Shown: positions 10,708 to 20,210 of the stretch, one piece after another
How the letters are laid out: every line of letters begins with the position of its first letter
Position numbering within the stretch: the first letter of the stretch is position 1
Assembly (NCBI RefSeq): GCF_054482525.1
Contig: NZ_CM137006.1
DNA length: 64,000 nt
Strand: one strand, 5' to 3'
The notes under the pieces: generated by a model
The model's input: only the letters and a program-made list of their open reading frames with translations
Databases searched by the model: none
What the model was told of the DNA's origin: nothing
Made by a program: the position numbers and the translations under genes

Positions 10708-12816
10708 TCAGTACTCTCTCATATCCGGCGTATCCTGCTTTTCATCAGGGGTCTTCGGTGGGGATTTCGAGGCTGCACAGTTCCAGTTAATCAACAGTGA
10801 GTCACCATTAACCTGCTCCTTACCCTGCAAATGAATTTTTGTGCCGTTGAGAAAAATTTGTCCGTCCTTAGTCAGCACCAGCCTTGCCTTACCACAGCAG
10901 AGTTCCAGATGCTCACCGCCGGAGTAAATCGCGGTCTGCCCGGTATCATCCTTTTTCGTTTTACCAACGGTGAAGGTAACGTTATTTCCGACTTTGACGT
11001 CATAACCCAGCCCGACCATCAACGATTTATGCAAACCGATCTGCGAGGACTGCATCAGGGCCACCGAGGTGTTCATAATGCCACCTACCGTCGTCTGATA
11101 CGCCACGCCCACAGTCAGCGCACGAACAAGTCCAATCGTTTCCACCTGAACAGAGCCCACTTTAATGATCTGGTTACTGCCCACCGTCTCTATCTGGTTA
11201 ACACCCACCGTCTGTATCTGATTGTTGGTAACCGCAATCATCTGATTGTTGCCAATGGTCTCAGCATGGTTGTTTATCACATCCGTGGTGCGGTTATTCA
11301 GCACCTCGGTGTTCATGTTCTTCTGCGCGTGGATGTAGACCTGTTCTTTCCCTGTCGCATCGTCAAACTTCAGTTCATTAAACCCGCTGCCCTTATAGGT
11401 TTTCGAACGAATGGTCATCTGCGTCTTTGTTCCCGGCAGGCTGCCGGGGGTGCGGTTTTCCTGGTGGTAGGTACGCCCCATAATAATCGGCTGGTCCGGA
11501 TCGCCGTTGAGGAAGTCCACAATGACTTCCTGACCCACACGCGGTATCGCCAGGTTGCCAAAGCCGGTGCCTGCCCACGCCTGTGCCACACGGATCCAGC
11601 ATGAACTGTCCTGGTTTGACGGGTTATAGCGGTCCCAGTTAAATTTCACCCGCACGCGGCCATGTTCATCACAGAAGATTTCTTCTCCTGCCGGTCCCGT
11701 CACGACGGCGCTCTGCGGGCCGTCCACCAGCGGTTTCAGCAACGGCTGTGGCCGCCATGTTCTGTCTGCCGGTATTACCGCAAAGTGGTTATTCAGCGTG
11801 GTACCTGAACCCCTGCGTCCCGGCACCGCCTGCGGCTGCTCGCCGTGCAGTTCACTTGCCACCACCTGCCATTCCCGGTTCAGGTTCGCCTGCGGATGCC
11901 CCGTCAGCGCAATTCGCCGTCCCGGCCATATCTCCGGCGAACGGCTTGTTCCGCGCGCCACTTCTGCGTTGTTTCGCCAGCCATCCATCTGCCAGCAGGC
12001 AAAGTTCTGCCCGTGGGCACCCTTGAAACGTCCGGGGTAGTCATACACTTCATACTGTGTGCGCTGGTAATCCTGGTGCTGGCCTTCCTGATCAAAACGC
12101 CCTGCCCAGCCGGGTCGTTTAAAGGTGTAGTCTTTGGTCACCACGGAAGATGGGCGGATTTGTGCGCTGTAGAGGAACTGGCTGATGCATAGGGTGCTCA
12201 CCTCGGTACGGGTGTTCGGATTCCAGGGGATCTCAAAGGACTCCGGCAGATAACGCACGGTGTCGCACAGGACCAGGCTCTGGTCGGTACTTTTTTGCGC
12301 GTGCTCCTCATAAAAGAAGATGCCTTCCTCCGCCGCCATCCGGCACAGGAAATCGTAATCGGTTTCGCCGTACTGGACACAAAACTCACGGGAAGGATGC
12401 GGCTCGCTGAACAGCGGACTCCACTCGGTCACCCCGTTTTCTTTCAGGATCGTCGCGAGTATGCTTTCGATGTCCTCATTCTGGAAGATACGGAAGTTCT
12501 GGCGCAGCCCTGTGCGCCACAGCGGTGGGCACACCTTCATGCTGTACAGCATCTGGTTTTTGTCGTTCTCCCCCAGTTCAAACCAGGTCACCACACCTTT
12601 CACCCGGCGCTGTACGTCATCGCCCTGCCATACCGTCAGGTAGGCCATTTTGTCCAGCACCTGCGCAAATTCAAGGGAGAGAAACTGCTGGCTGACCAGA
12701 GAGAGATCGAGGGAAAAGAGCGAAGAGAGTGACTGGTTCAGATGAAAGGAGACCACCGCAAACGCGTCCGGTGGCAGGCCGTCCACTTCCAGCGTGAAAC
12801 GTAATCCGGTTGACAT
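10708..12816 (-). CDS. vgrG: T6SS spike protein VgrG (TssI), 702 aa
   Basis: Translation MSTGLRFTLEVDGLPPDAFAVVSF... with a gp27/gp5-like body and a C-terminal beta-helix repeat region (VGNNQ..., TVG repeats). Located between hcp and rhs. Confidence 0.9.
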   Translation of the reverse strand: MSTGLRFTLEVDGLPPDAFAVVSFHLNQSLSSLFSLDLSLVSQQFLSLEFAQVLDKMAYLTVWQGDDVQRRVKGVVTWFELGENDKNQMLYSMKVCPPLWRTGLRQNFRIFQNEDIESILATILKENGVTEWSPLFSEPHPSREFCVQYGETDYDFLCRMAAEEGIFFYEEHAQKSTDQSLVLCDTVRYLPESFEIPWNPNTRTEVSTLCISQFLYSAQIRPSSVVTKDYTFKRPGWAGRFDQEGQHQDYQRTQYEVYDYPGRFKGAHGQNFACWQMDGWRNNAEVARGTSRSPEIWPGRRIALTGHPQANLNREWQVVASELHGEQPQAVPGRRGSGTTLNNHFAVIPADRTWRPQPLLKPLVDGPQSAVVTGPAGEEIFCDEHGRVRVKFNWDRYNPSNQDSSCWIRVAQAWAGTGFGNLAIPRVGQEVIVDFLNGDPDQPIIMGRTYHQENRTPGSLPGTKTQMTIRSKTYKGSGFNELKFDDATGKEQVYIHAQKNMNTEVLNNRTTDVINNHAETIGNNQMIAVTNNQIQTVGVNQIETVGSNQIIKVGSVQVETIGLVRALTVGVAYQTTVGGIMNTSVALMQSSQIGLHKSLMVGLGYDVKVGNNVTFTVGKTKKDDTGQTAIYSGGEHLELCCGKARLVLTKDGQIFLNGTKIHLQGKEQVNGDSLLINWNCAASKSPPKTPDEKQDTPDMREY

Positions 12817-12980
12817 AGCAACCTCCGGGTTTAAGGAAAAACAGACAGTTCGCTGTTAAAGCGGCTGTAACAGTACAGTGTTACGCTTGCGTTCAGGCAC
12901 GCTACCGCCGAAGTTTCCGGCATCCGCCATCTCCCGTGAACGTAACCCCTTACTGACAACCTTTCTTTTTACGGCGTAAT

Positions 12981-13015
12981 ACAAAAACAGCATCCGGCCT
13001 AATAGCCGGATGCTG
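12981..13015 (-). terminator. Intrinsic terminator/attenuator hairpin between hcp and vgrG
   Basis: 10-bp perfect stem CAGCATCCGG / CCGGATGCTG (12988-12997 and 13006-13015) with an 8-nt loop. On the minus strand it is followed by a T run (plus-strand A run 12983-12987). Lies just 3' of the hcp stop. Confidence 0.5.
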
Positions 13016-13025
13016 TTGGCTTAAC

Positions 13026-13544
13026 TTATGCTTCCAGCGGTGCGCGCCAGTCGTCGGCACCGGAGGTGCCAGACTTGACGTGTTCCCACTCTATTTTGCG
13101 GTAGGCCAGTGAAACTTCGAGCAACTGGGTGAACTCGCGTTTCGCCGGATCCTGGCAATGCGGCATATGCAGTTTCATATCGACAATCGTCGAATCGGTC
13201 AGGCGGGTGGTGAAATAATGCTCCTGTTTGCCTTCCACAGAGGTACGCCACCAGTGAAGTTCAGTGGTTGGCAGCATTTCGCCGGAGGCCAGTGCGTTGT
13301 ACATCAGCGGAACAGCTTTGTTCAGCGCCACGGTAAAAATGAACGGCTTGTGAGCACGCTGACCCGCAGGCTGGCCGGACTGAGGATCGGTCGGGACAGT
13401 AACGTTATGCAGGAATTCCTGCACCAGCATCTCGTCTTCGTGCCCCTGCACATAGATGTTGCCGACAGAATCAGCGGTAAATGCACCTGCAGTAATATTT
13501 CCCTGGGTCTGACCTGTGATGGAGATATAACACGGTGTTGGCAT
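13026..13544 (-). CDS. hcp: T6SS tube protein Hcp (TssD), 172 aa
   Basis: MPTPCYISITGQTQGNITAGAFTADSVGN... is a typical Hcp N-terminus. Strong RBS (AAGGAG) upstream. Confidence 0.9.
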   Translation of the reverse strand: MPTPCYISITGQTQGNITAGAFTADSVGNIYVQGHEDEMLVQEFLHNVTVPTDPQSGQPAGQRAHKPFIFTVALNKAVPLMYNALASGEMLPTTELHWWRTSVEGKQEHYFTTRLTDSTIVDMKLHMPHCQDPAKREFTQLLEVSLAYRKIEWEHVKSGTSGADDWRAPLEA

Positions 13545-14240
13545 TTGTAAACTCCTTGTTAACGTGGTTAATTACTACTTACAATGACCTGCCGTTAATC
13601 CCAGACAGGCAGATGCAGCTCACTTCACGGAACCGCATCATTTTTCAGTATTTTTTACATACAAACCGAGCTAGAATTTACGGTTGTCGTAAAAACTATT
13701 TTTAAAATCATTAAATCTCTTATTCAGCAATAAGTTAATAATATATATCTGGATAACCATACCCAACTATTCAAAGTCCGTATTGCCTCCATAAAATGGC
13801 CAAAGCTGAATCATGAATAAATATTGTATTTATCCTTTCTGAATTATCATTTTGATAATTTTTGAGATATTCCTTAAAAATACCCACTTAATCAATCACA
13901 AAACAAATATATAAACAAGCAATCATCAGATTAGCTTATGTTTAATGAAATTATTGTATAATTCAATAAGTTACATAAAAGCTCTATATTTAAATTATTG
14001 CCATAATACACCTGACGCGAATTGCACAGGTTCACACAATCTATTTAACGCTTGCAGAATACCCCTCTTTACGATCGATAAAAAGTCCTTTTCTTATTTA
14101 TTTTGAAGCGTAGAATGCGGGGTGATGAAGGAGTGGTGATTTTATTTTCACCGCCATTATGGCGGCATTGCCGATATTTTTTTGCGGTACAAATATGCCG
14201 TGTTCATGGCCTGTACGAGATAACATGACGGATCACTTTT
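13545..14240. promoter_or_regulatory. AT-rich divergent control region between hcp-vgrG-rhs (minus) and tssB...vasL (plus)
   Basis: 696 bp with no ORF, very AT-rich compared with the flanking genes. Contains a perfect palindrome AATTATCA-TTT-TGATAATT (13842..13860) and a 7-bp inverted repeat CCGCCAT-T-ATGGCGG (14151..14165) about 75 bp upstream of tssB. Confidence 0.4.
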
Positions 14241-14741
14241 ATGAGCAAAAAATTTGAAGGCAGCGTCGCGCCTCGCGAGCGTATAAATATATCCTATGTC
14301 CCGAAGACGGACGGCCAGACGGCTGAAGTAGAGCTTCCGCTTAACATGCTCGTTGTCGGCGATACCGGAAATACGCAGGAGACATCCCCACTGGATGAAC
14401 GTCAGGCAGTTTCCGTTAACAAGCACAATTTCGGTGCAGTAATGGCTGAAGCAGCCATTGGCCTCAATTTTACCGTCCCCGCCACGCTGAAGGGAAGCAC
14501 AACGGACGATGAACTGAATGTGGCGCTGAATATCAAGTCACTGGATGATTTTTCACCGGACAGCGTGGCCCGGCAGGTTCCGGAAGTGAATAAATTGCTG
14601 GAACTGCGTGAAGCACTGACTGCGCTGAAGGGGCCGATGGGCAACCTTCCGGCATTCCGTACCCAGCTCCAGGCATTGCTGGAAAATGAGGAGTCCCGCG
14701 AGCAGTTGCTTAAAGAAATCGGCCAGGTGAGTGGGAAATAA
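14241..14741 (+). CDS. tssB: T6SS sheath small subunit TssB (VipA), 166 aa
   Basis: MSKKFEGSVAPRERINISYVPKTDGQTAEVELPLNMLVVGD... is a typical TssB. Confidence 0.9.
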   Translation: MSKKFEGSVAPRERINISYVPKTDGQTAEVELPLNMLVVGDTGNTQETSPLDERQAVSVNKHNFGAVMAEAAIGLNFTVPATLKGSTTDDELNVALNIKSLDDFSPDSVARQVPEVNKLLELREALTALKGPMGNLPAFRTQLQALLENEESREQLLKEIGQVSGK

Positions 14742-14982
14742 CCACCACTATTTCATTAAACAGGGTTATCCAGACATGGCGGCACACAAAAATATCTCCG
14801 GGAAACACCCCCTCTCTGACGAAGACATTTTGCAGGCGGTTTACCGGGTATGTTTCAGCCCGTCCGGTGAAATCAACCGGGATGGCGTGGATGCGCTGAT
14901 TACAACACTGGATCGCCGTATCAGTGATCTATTGGATGAGATTATCCATCTTTGTGAGTTTCAGCAGAGCGCGCCGTACTGA
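14731..14982 (+). CDS. Hypothetical 83-aa ORF between tssB and tssC; C-terminal third resembles the conserved N-terminal motif of TssC
   Basis: ORF tail ...VDALITTLDRRISDLLDEIIHLCEFQQ aligns with TssC residues ...VDSMIADIDERISRQMDVIIHAPAFQQ (14 of 27 identical by eye). DNA is diverged, so not a recent duplication. May be non-coding remnant. Confidence 0.3.
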   Translation: MGNNHHYFIKQGYPDMAAHKNISGKHPLSDEDILQAVYRVCFSPSGEINRDGVDALITTLDRRISDLLDEIIHLCEFQQSAPY

Positions 14983-15050
14983 CGGCGCGTACTTCACTGA
15001 CGGCGAAAACCCGGTTTCAGAAACACAGCTAAAACAGAAGGATTTTCAGT

Positions 15051-16526
15051 ATGTCTTTACAGGAAGAGGAACTCGTTTCCAGTCATGCCGGGCAGACTGA
15101 TCAGGCGTCGTCGCTGCTTGATCAAATCATGGCACAGACCCGTATTCAGCCCGGTTCGGAAGGTTATGACGTTGCCCGCCAGGGTGTGACAGCCTTTATT
15201 GCCAGCATCCTGCAATCCACTGCATCTGCCGAACCGGTCAATAAACTGGCCGTGGACAGCATGATTGCAGATATAGATGAACGCATCAGCCGCCAGATGG
15301 ATGTCATCATCCATGCGCCTGCCTTTCAGCAGGTCGAGTCGTTCTGGCGCTCACTGAAAACCATGGTGGATCGCGTTGATTTCCGTGAAAACATCAAGGT
15401 CAACGTGCTTCATGTCACGAAGCAGGAACTTCTGGAAGACTTTGAATTTGCCCCAGAAATTATTCAGTCCGGATTTTATAAACACGTTTATTCGTCCGGA
15501 TTCGGACAGTTTGGTGGTGAACCCATCGCTGCCGTGCTGGGCGCTTATGAGTTCAAAAATACCGCTCCTGACATGAAACTGCTGCAATACGTCAGTGCCG
15601 TGGGCGCAATGGCGCACGCACCGTTCCTCTCCTCCGTTTCCCCGGAGTTTATGGGGCTGAACTCGTGGACCGAACTGCCTAATATCAAAGATCTTTATGC
15701 CATCTTTGAAGGTCCGGCCTACACCAAATGGCGCGCCCTGCGTGACTCGGAAGATTCGCGCTATTTAGGGCTTACGGCACCCCGCTTCCTGCTTCGCCAG
15801 CCTTATTCACCAACAGATAACCCTGTTAAGAACTTTAACTATCACGAAGATGTCAGCCGGAACCACGAAGATTATCTGTGGGGTAATACGGCCTGGATGC
15901 TGGCGTGCAATGTCGCAGACAGTTTTGCCAAATACCGCTGGTGTCCAAATATCATCGGTCCGCAAAGCGGCGGCGCAGTGAAAGATCTGCCGGTGCATCT
16001 GTTCGAAACGATGGGTCAGATTCAGGCCAAAATCCCAACCGAGGTGCTGGTCACCGATCGCCGCGAATTTGAACTGGCTGAAGAGGGTTTTATCACCCTT
16101 ACCATGCGTAAAGACTCTGATAATGCAGCCTTTTTCTCTGCAAACTCGGTACAAAAACCGAAGCACTTTCCGGGCAAAGACGCAGAAACCAACTATAAGT
16201 TGGGTACGCAGCTTCCTTATCTCTTCATCATCAATCGGTTAGCGCACTACATCAAGGTGTTGCAGCGTGAACAACTGGGGTCATGGAAAGAAAGGAGCGA
16301 CTTAGAGAGGGAGCTTAATACCTGGATCCGTCAGTATGTTGCCGACCAGGAAAACCCGCCTGCGGACGTGCGCAGCCGCAAGCCTCTGCGTGCTGCCAGA
16401 GTTGAGGTTATGGATGTGGAAGGCGAACCCGGCTGGTACCAGGTCGCGCTGAGCGTGCGGCCCCATTTTAAATTTATGGGGGCAAACTTTGAGCTATCCC
16501 TGGTTGGCCGGTTAGACAGGGAGTAA
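15051..16526 (+). CDS. tssC: T6SS sheath large subunit TssC (VipB), 491 aa
   Basis: Typical TssC sequence (…FQQVESFWRSLK…, …NIIGPQSGG…). RBS AGGA precedes ATG at 15051. Confidence 0.9.
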   Translation: MSLQEEELVSSHAGQTDQASSLLDQIMAQTRIQPGSEGYDVARQGVTAFIASILQSTASAEPVNKLAVDSMIADIDERISRQMDVIIHAPAFQQVESFWRSLKTMVDRVDFRENIKVNVLHVTKQELLEDFEFAPEIIQSGFYKHVYSSGFGQFGGEPIAAVLGAYEFKNTAPDMKLLQYVSAVGAMAHAPFLSSVSPEFMGLNSWTELPNIKDLYAIFEGPAYTKWRALRDSEDSRYLGLTAPRFLLRQPYSPTDNPVKNFNYHEDVSRNHEDYLWGNTAWMLACNVADSFAKYRWCPNIIGPQSGGAVKDLPVHLFETMGQIQAKIPTEVLVTDRREFELAEEGFITLTMRKDSDNAAFFSANSVQKPKHFPGKDAETNYKLGTQLPYLFIINRLAHYIKVLQREQLGSWKERSDLERELNTWIRQYVADQENPPADVRSRKPLRAARVEVMDVEGEPGWYQVALSVRPHFKFMGANFELSLVGRLDRE

Positions 16527-16532
16527 CACGCC

Positions 16533-16946
16533 ATGATACCGGATCGGGAAAGAACCACAGGTTCTCTTTTTGAGCGTATGGAAGCCTCACCGGCCAGAAA
16601 CTGGCAAGGAAGCAGTATTCATGCGCTCAGGCAGTCCATTCGCCAGAACCTGCGAAACATTCTTAATACCCGGTCCGGTAGTTGCCGGGGTGCGCCTGAA
16701 CTGGGCATTGATGAACCTGCAGGGGCTGAAAACTTCCGCGAATCAATGAGTCTGGCCATCGCGCAATGTATAGAACGCTATGAACCCCGGATCTCACACG
16801 CTGAAGTGCAGGCTGTGGTTTCATCCGCCGCCAGCCCGCTGGATATGACGTTTCATATTACAGCCAGGGTGACATTTAACGAAACGCATGAAGTGCTTGA
16901 ATTTGATATGGCACCGAATGGCAGCCAGCATTATCGGGTGGACTGA
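16533..16946 (+). CDS. tssE: T6SS baseplate protein TssE (gp25-like), 137 aa
   Basis: SLFERM..., gp25-like size and position after tssC. Confidence 0.85.
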   Translation: MIPDRERTTGSLFERMEASPARNWQGSSIHALRQSIRQNLRNILNTRSGSCRGAPELGIDEPAGAENFRESMSLAIAQCIERYEPRISHAEVQAVVSSAASPLDMTFHITARVTFNETHEVLEFDMAPNGSQHYRVD

Positions 16947-16949
16947 CAG

Positions 16950-18800
16950 ATGGAATTTGAAGAACGCTATTTCCGGGAAGAACTCGATTACCTGCGCCAG
17001 CTCAGCAAGCTGCTGGCAACGGAAAAACCCCATCTTGCCCGCTTCCTGGCCGAAAAAGATGCGGATCCGGATATTGAACGCCTGCTGGAAGGCGTGGCTT
17101 TTCTTACCGGCAATCTCCGCCAGAAAATTGAGGATGAATTCCCAGAACTGACGCACGGGCTTATTAAGATGCTCTGGCCTAATTACCTGCGTCCGGTTCC
17201 GGCAATGACCCTTATTGAATATACGCCGGATATGGATAAGTCTTCTGTGCCGGTGTTAATCCCCCGTAATGAGCAGTTTACAACCAAAGCCGGGGAAATC
17301 AGAGTCGATGAAGTGCTGCCCTCCGATGCTAAAAAGGAGGAGCCGCCTCCCTGTACCTTCACCCTCTGCCGGGATATCTGGCTGCTGCCCGTTCGCCTGG
17401 AGCAGATTGAAAACCGCAGTACGACCCGTAATGGTGTTATCAACATCACCTTTTCGGTCGCACCGGGAACGGACTTCCGCACGCTGGATCTGAACAAACT
17501 TCGCTTCTGGCTCGGCAATGACGACAACTATACCCGTGACCAGCTTTATTTATGGTTCTGTGAATACTTGCAGGGTGCCGACCTGACTGTGGGTGAACAG
17601 CATATTCGCCTGCCTGAGTTTATGCTGAAAGCTGTCGGTTTTGAGCCGCAGGATGCCATGCTGCCCTGGCCGAAAAACCTCCACAGCGGCTACCGGATCC
17701 TTCAGGAGTATTTCTGTTACCCGGATGCGTTTCTCTTTTTTGATCTTTGTGGTTGCCCGGCGTTGCCTGACGGATTGCAGGCTGAATCCTTTACCCTGCA
17801 ACTGCGTTTTTCGCGCCCATTGCCCGTGGACATCCGGCTGCGCCGCGATTCTCTGCGCCTGTATTGCGCACCTGCCATTAATTTATTTATCCACCATGCA
17901 GAAGCCATCACGCTGGACAACCGGCGGGCAGACTATCCGCTGGTTCCCAGCCGCCACTATCCGGAACATTACGATGTCTTTTCCGTTAACGGCGTGGTGA
18001 GCCAGGTGCAGGATATGTTCAGGAAAAAAGATCTGGGGCGTCCTGTTTCGACGCAGGCCGCGCGCCAGTGGCCTGCCTTTGAAAGTTTCAGCCATCAGAT
18101 GGAATACAGCCGGAAGCGGGAAGTGGTGTACTGGCATCACCGGACCAAAACATCCCTGTTCCATCGCGGCTTTGATCATACCCTTGCTTTTATACATGCT
18201 GATGGCAGTTATCCGTCAGACGAATCGCTGCTCAGTAATGAAGTGGTTTCGGTATCGCTGACCTGTACCAACCGTGAGCTTCCGTCACAAATTCGTTCCG
18301 GCGATATCACCGGCACAACCGGTAAAAATGCGGCTGTTGCTTCATTTCGCAACATTACCCGCCCGACGCAACCGCTCTGGCCGGTCATTGATGGCAGCCT
18401 GCACTGGTCCCTGCTCTCCGCCATGAACCTGAATTATCTGTCATTACTGGATACGGACGCGCTGAAGCAGGTCATCGCCAACTTTGATCGCCACGCAATC
18501 CATCATCCGCAGACGGCGCGGCTGTCACAACAAAAGCTGGATGCCATTGAGCGTCTGGAGACCCGCCCTGTCGATCGCCTGTTTACGGGCATTCCCGTCC
18601 GGGGGCTGGCCTCCACGCTGTATCTGCACCCGGAGCCGTTTGTCTGTGAAGGGGAAATGTATCTGCTTGGTACGGTGCTTTCGCATTTTCTGTCGCTGTA
18701 CGCCAGCGTTAACTCATTCCACATGCTGACCGTTGTGAACACAGAAAGCCAGGAGACATGGAAATGGACGGAAAGAACCGGGCAGCATCCTCTTATCTGA
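16950..18800 (+). CDS. tssF: T6SS baseplate protein TssF, 616 aa
   Basis: MEFEERYFREELDYLRQLSKLLA... N-terminus, size, and position between tssE and tssG. Confidence 0.85.
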   Translation: MEFEERYFREELDYLRQLSKLLATEKPHLARFLAEKDADPDIERLLEGVAFLTGNLRQKIEDEFPELTHGLIKMLWPNYLRPVPAMTLIEYTPDMDKSSVPVLIPRNEQFTTKAGEIRVDEVLPSDAKKEEPPPCTFTLCRDIWLLPVRLEQIENRSTTRNGVINITFSVAPGTDFRTLDLNKLRFWLGNDDNYTRDQLYLWFCEYLQGADLTVGEQHIRLPEFMLKAVGFEPQDAMLPWPKNLHSGYRILQEYFCYPDAFLFFDLCGCPALPDGLQAESFTLQLRFSRPLPVDIRLRRDSLRLYCAPAINLFIHHAEAITLDNRRADYPLVPSRHYPEHYDVFSVNGVVSQVQDMFRKKDLGRPVSTQAARQWPAFESFSHQMEYSRKREVVYWHHRTKTSLFHRGFDHTLAFIHADGSYPSDESLLSNEVVSVSLTCTNRELPSQIRSGDITGTTGKNAAVASFRNITRPTQPLWPVIDGSLHWSLLSAMNLNYLSLLDTDALKQVIANFDRHAIHHPQTARLSQQKLDAIERLETRPVDRLFTGIPVRGLASTLYLHPEPFVCEGEMYLLGTVLSHFLSLYASVNSFHMLTVVNTESQETWKWTERTGQHPLI

Positions 18801-19846
18801 GTCCGGGAAATCCCCCGGCAGATAAAGAGCAGAATGATCCGCTGGCACAGGTTTTTCATAACGCCTGCTCTTACAATTTTTTTGCCATGGCGGAGCTGTT
18901 GCACCGCCTGGCACAGGGTGAAAAGGGGACGCTGGAATTATCCCTGCGCGACGATCCGGCACAGGAAACCCTGCGTTTCAGCGCCGATGCCAGCCTTGCG
19001 TTTCCCCTGAGTGATATCAGTGCGCTGAAACGGGATACGTCAGGGTCATTCAGGATGACCACCACCTTTATGGGGTTACAGGGGAGCCAGTCGCCTCTCC
19101 CCGGTTATTACCTCGATCACCTGGCCTGGAAAGCGGTACATGAACAAAGTCCGGTAGGTGATTTTCTGGATATGTTCAGCCACCGCCTGACCCAGTTTGT
19201 CTGGCATATCTGGCGTAAGTACCGCTATCACATCAGTTTTCGTAACGGCGGTGTGGATGCGTTCTCGCAGCGCATGTACTCCCTTGTCGGGCTGGGCCAC
19301 CGCCACCTTCGCGATAAGCTGGCGATTAATCACAGCAAAATGCTGGCGTATTCCGGGATCCTGGCAAATCCGGGACGATCCCCGGAAATCATCTGCGGTC
19401 TGGTGTCCCACTGCTTTGATTTGTCAGACGTGATGCTGCAAAACTGGCAACGTCGCAAGGTGGATATTGAACCGGATCAGCAAAATAGCCTGGGGAGCTA
19501 TTCACTTAAAAATGGCGAAAAACTGGCAGGAAGATCGGTACTGGGCAACTTTGTTCTGGGTACACGGGTGCCCGATCTCAGCGGAAAATTCCAGCTCAGT
19601 ATTACCAGCCTGACCCGAAAACAGTTCCTCTCTTTTCTGCCGTCCGGCGAAAACTTCCTGCCACTGACGATGTTTGTGTCCTTCATCCTGCGCGATCAGC
19701 TTGCCTGGGACTTACATCTGGGGCTGGCGCCGGAGCAGGTGGGCGCAATGCGCCTGGGCGATAACAAAAGTGCGCTGCTGGGCTGGACCAGCTTCCTCGG
19801 CACACCGGAAGAACGACCCTCAGTCACCATCAGGGTACGGTCGTAA
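18758..19846 (+). CDS. tssG: T6SS baseplate protein TssG, 362 aa
   Basis: Overlaps the tssF end (translational coupling). RBS AGGAGA at 18751-18756. Size and position typical. Confidence 0.85.
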   Translation: MEMDGKNRAASSYLSPGNPPADKEQNDPLAQVFHNACSYNFFAMAELLHRLAQGEKGTLELSLRDDPAQETLRFSADASLAFPLSDISALKRDTSGSFRMTTTFMGLQGSQSPLPGYYLDHLAWKAVHEQSPVGDFLDMFSHRLTQFVWHIWRKYRYHISFRNGGVDAFSQRMYSLVGLGHRHLRDKLAINHSKMLAYSGILANPGRSPEIICGLVSHCFDLSDVMLQNWQRRKVDIEPDQQNSLGSYSLKNGEKLAGRSVLGNFVLGTRVPDLSGKFQLSITSLTRKQFLSFLPSGENFLPLTMFVSFILRDQLAWDLHLGLAPEQVGAMRLGDNKSALLGWTSFLGTPEERPSVTIRVRS

Positions 19847-20210
19847 ATTATGATAATCACGGAGCAGAATATGCCGGAAGAGAAACTACAGACGCTTTCA
19901 TTGCAGGTCATTAACGGCAGTGAGCTGGAAAGCGGGCGGGCGGCGCGCTGTCTGTTCACACAGCAGGGAAATGTCGGCCATGGCCCCGAATGCCACTGGT
20001 CGGTACAGGATCGTCAGCAGAGCATTCCGGCTCAGGCTTTTACCGTTATCCTGCACGATGGCACATTTTGTCTGCGCCCGCAGACGGCACAACTGTGGCT
20101 GAACCAGGCAAAAGTCACAGCAACATCAGACCTGATACAGCTGCGCCAGGGCGATGAGATCCAGATAGGGCGTCTGATGGTGAGGGTTCATCTGAACCGG
20201 GGAGATATCC

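Noticed and set aside
14157-14426. 89-aa minus-strand ORF overlapping the tssB start
   Set aside because: Antisense to the tssB 5' end and promoter, with no RBS or recognisable family; most likely a chance ORF.
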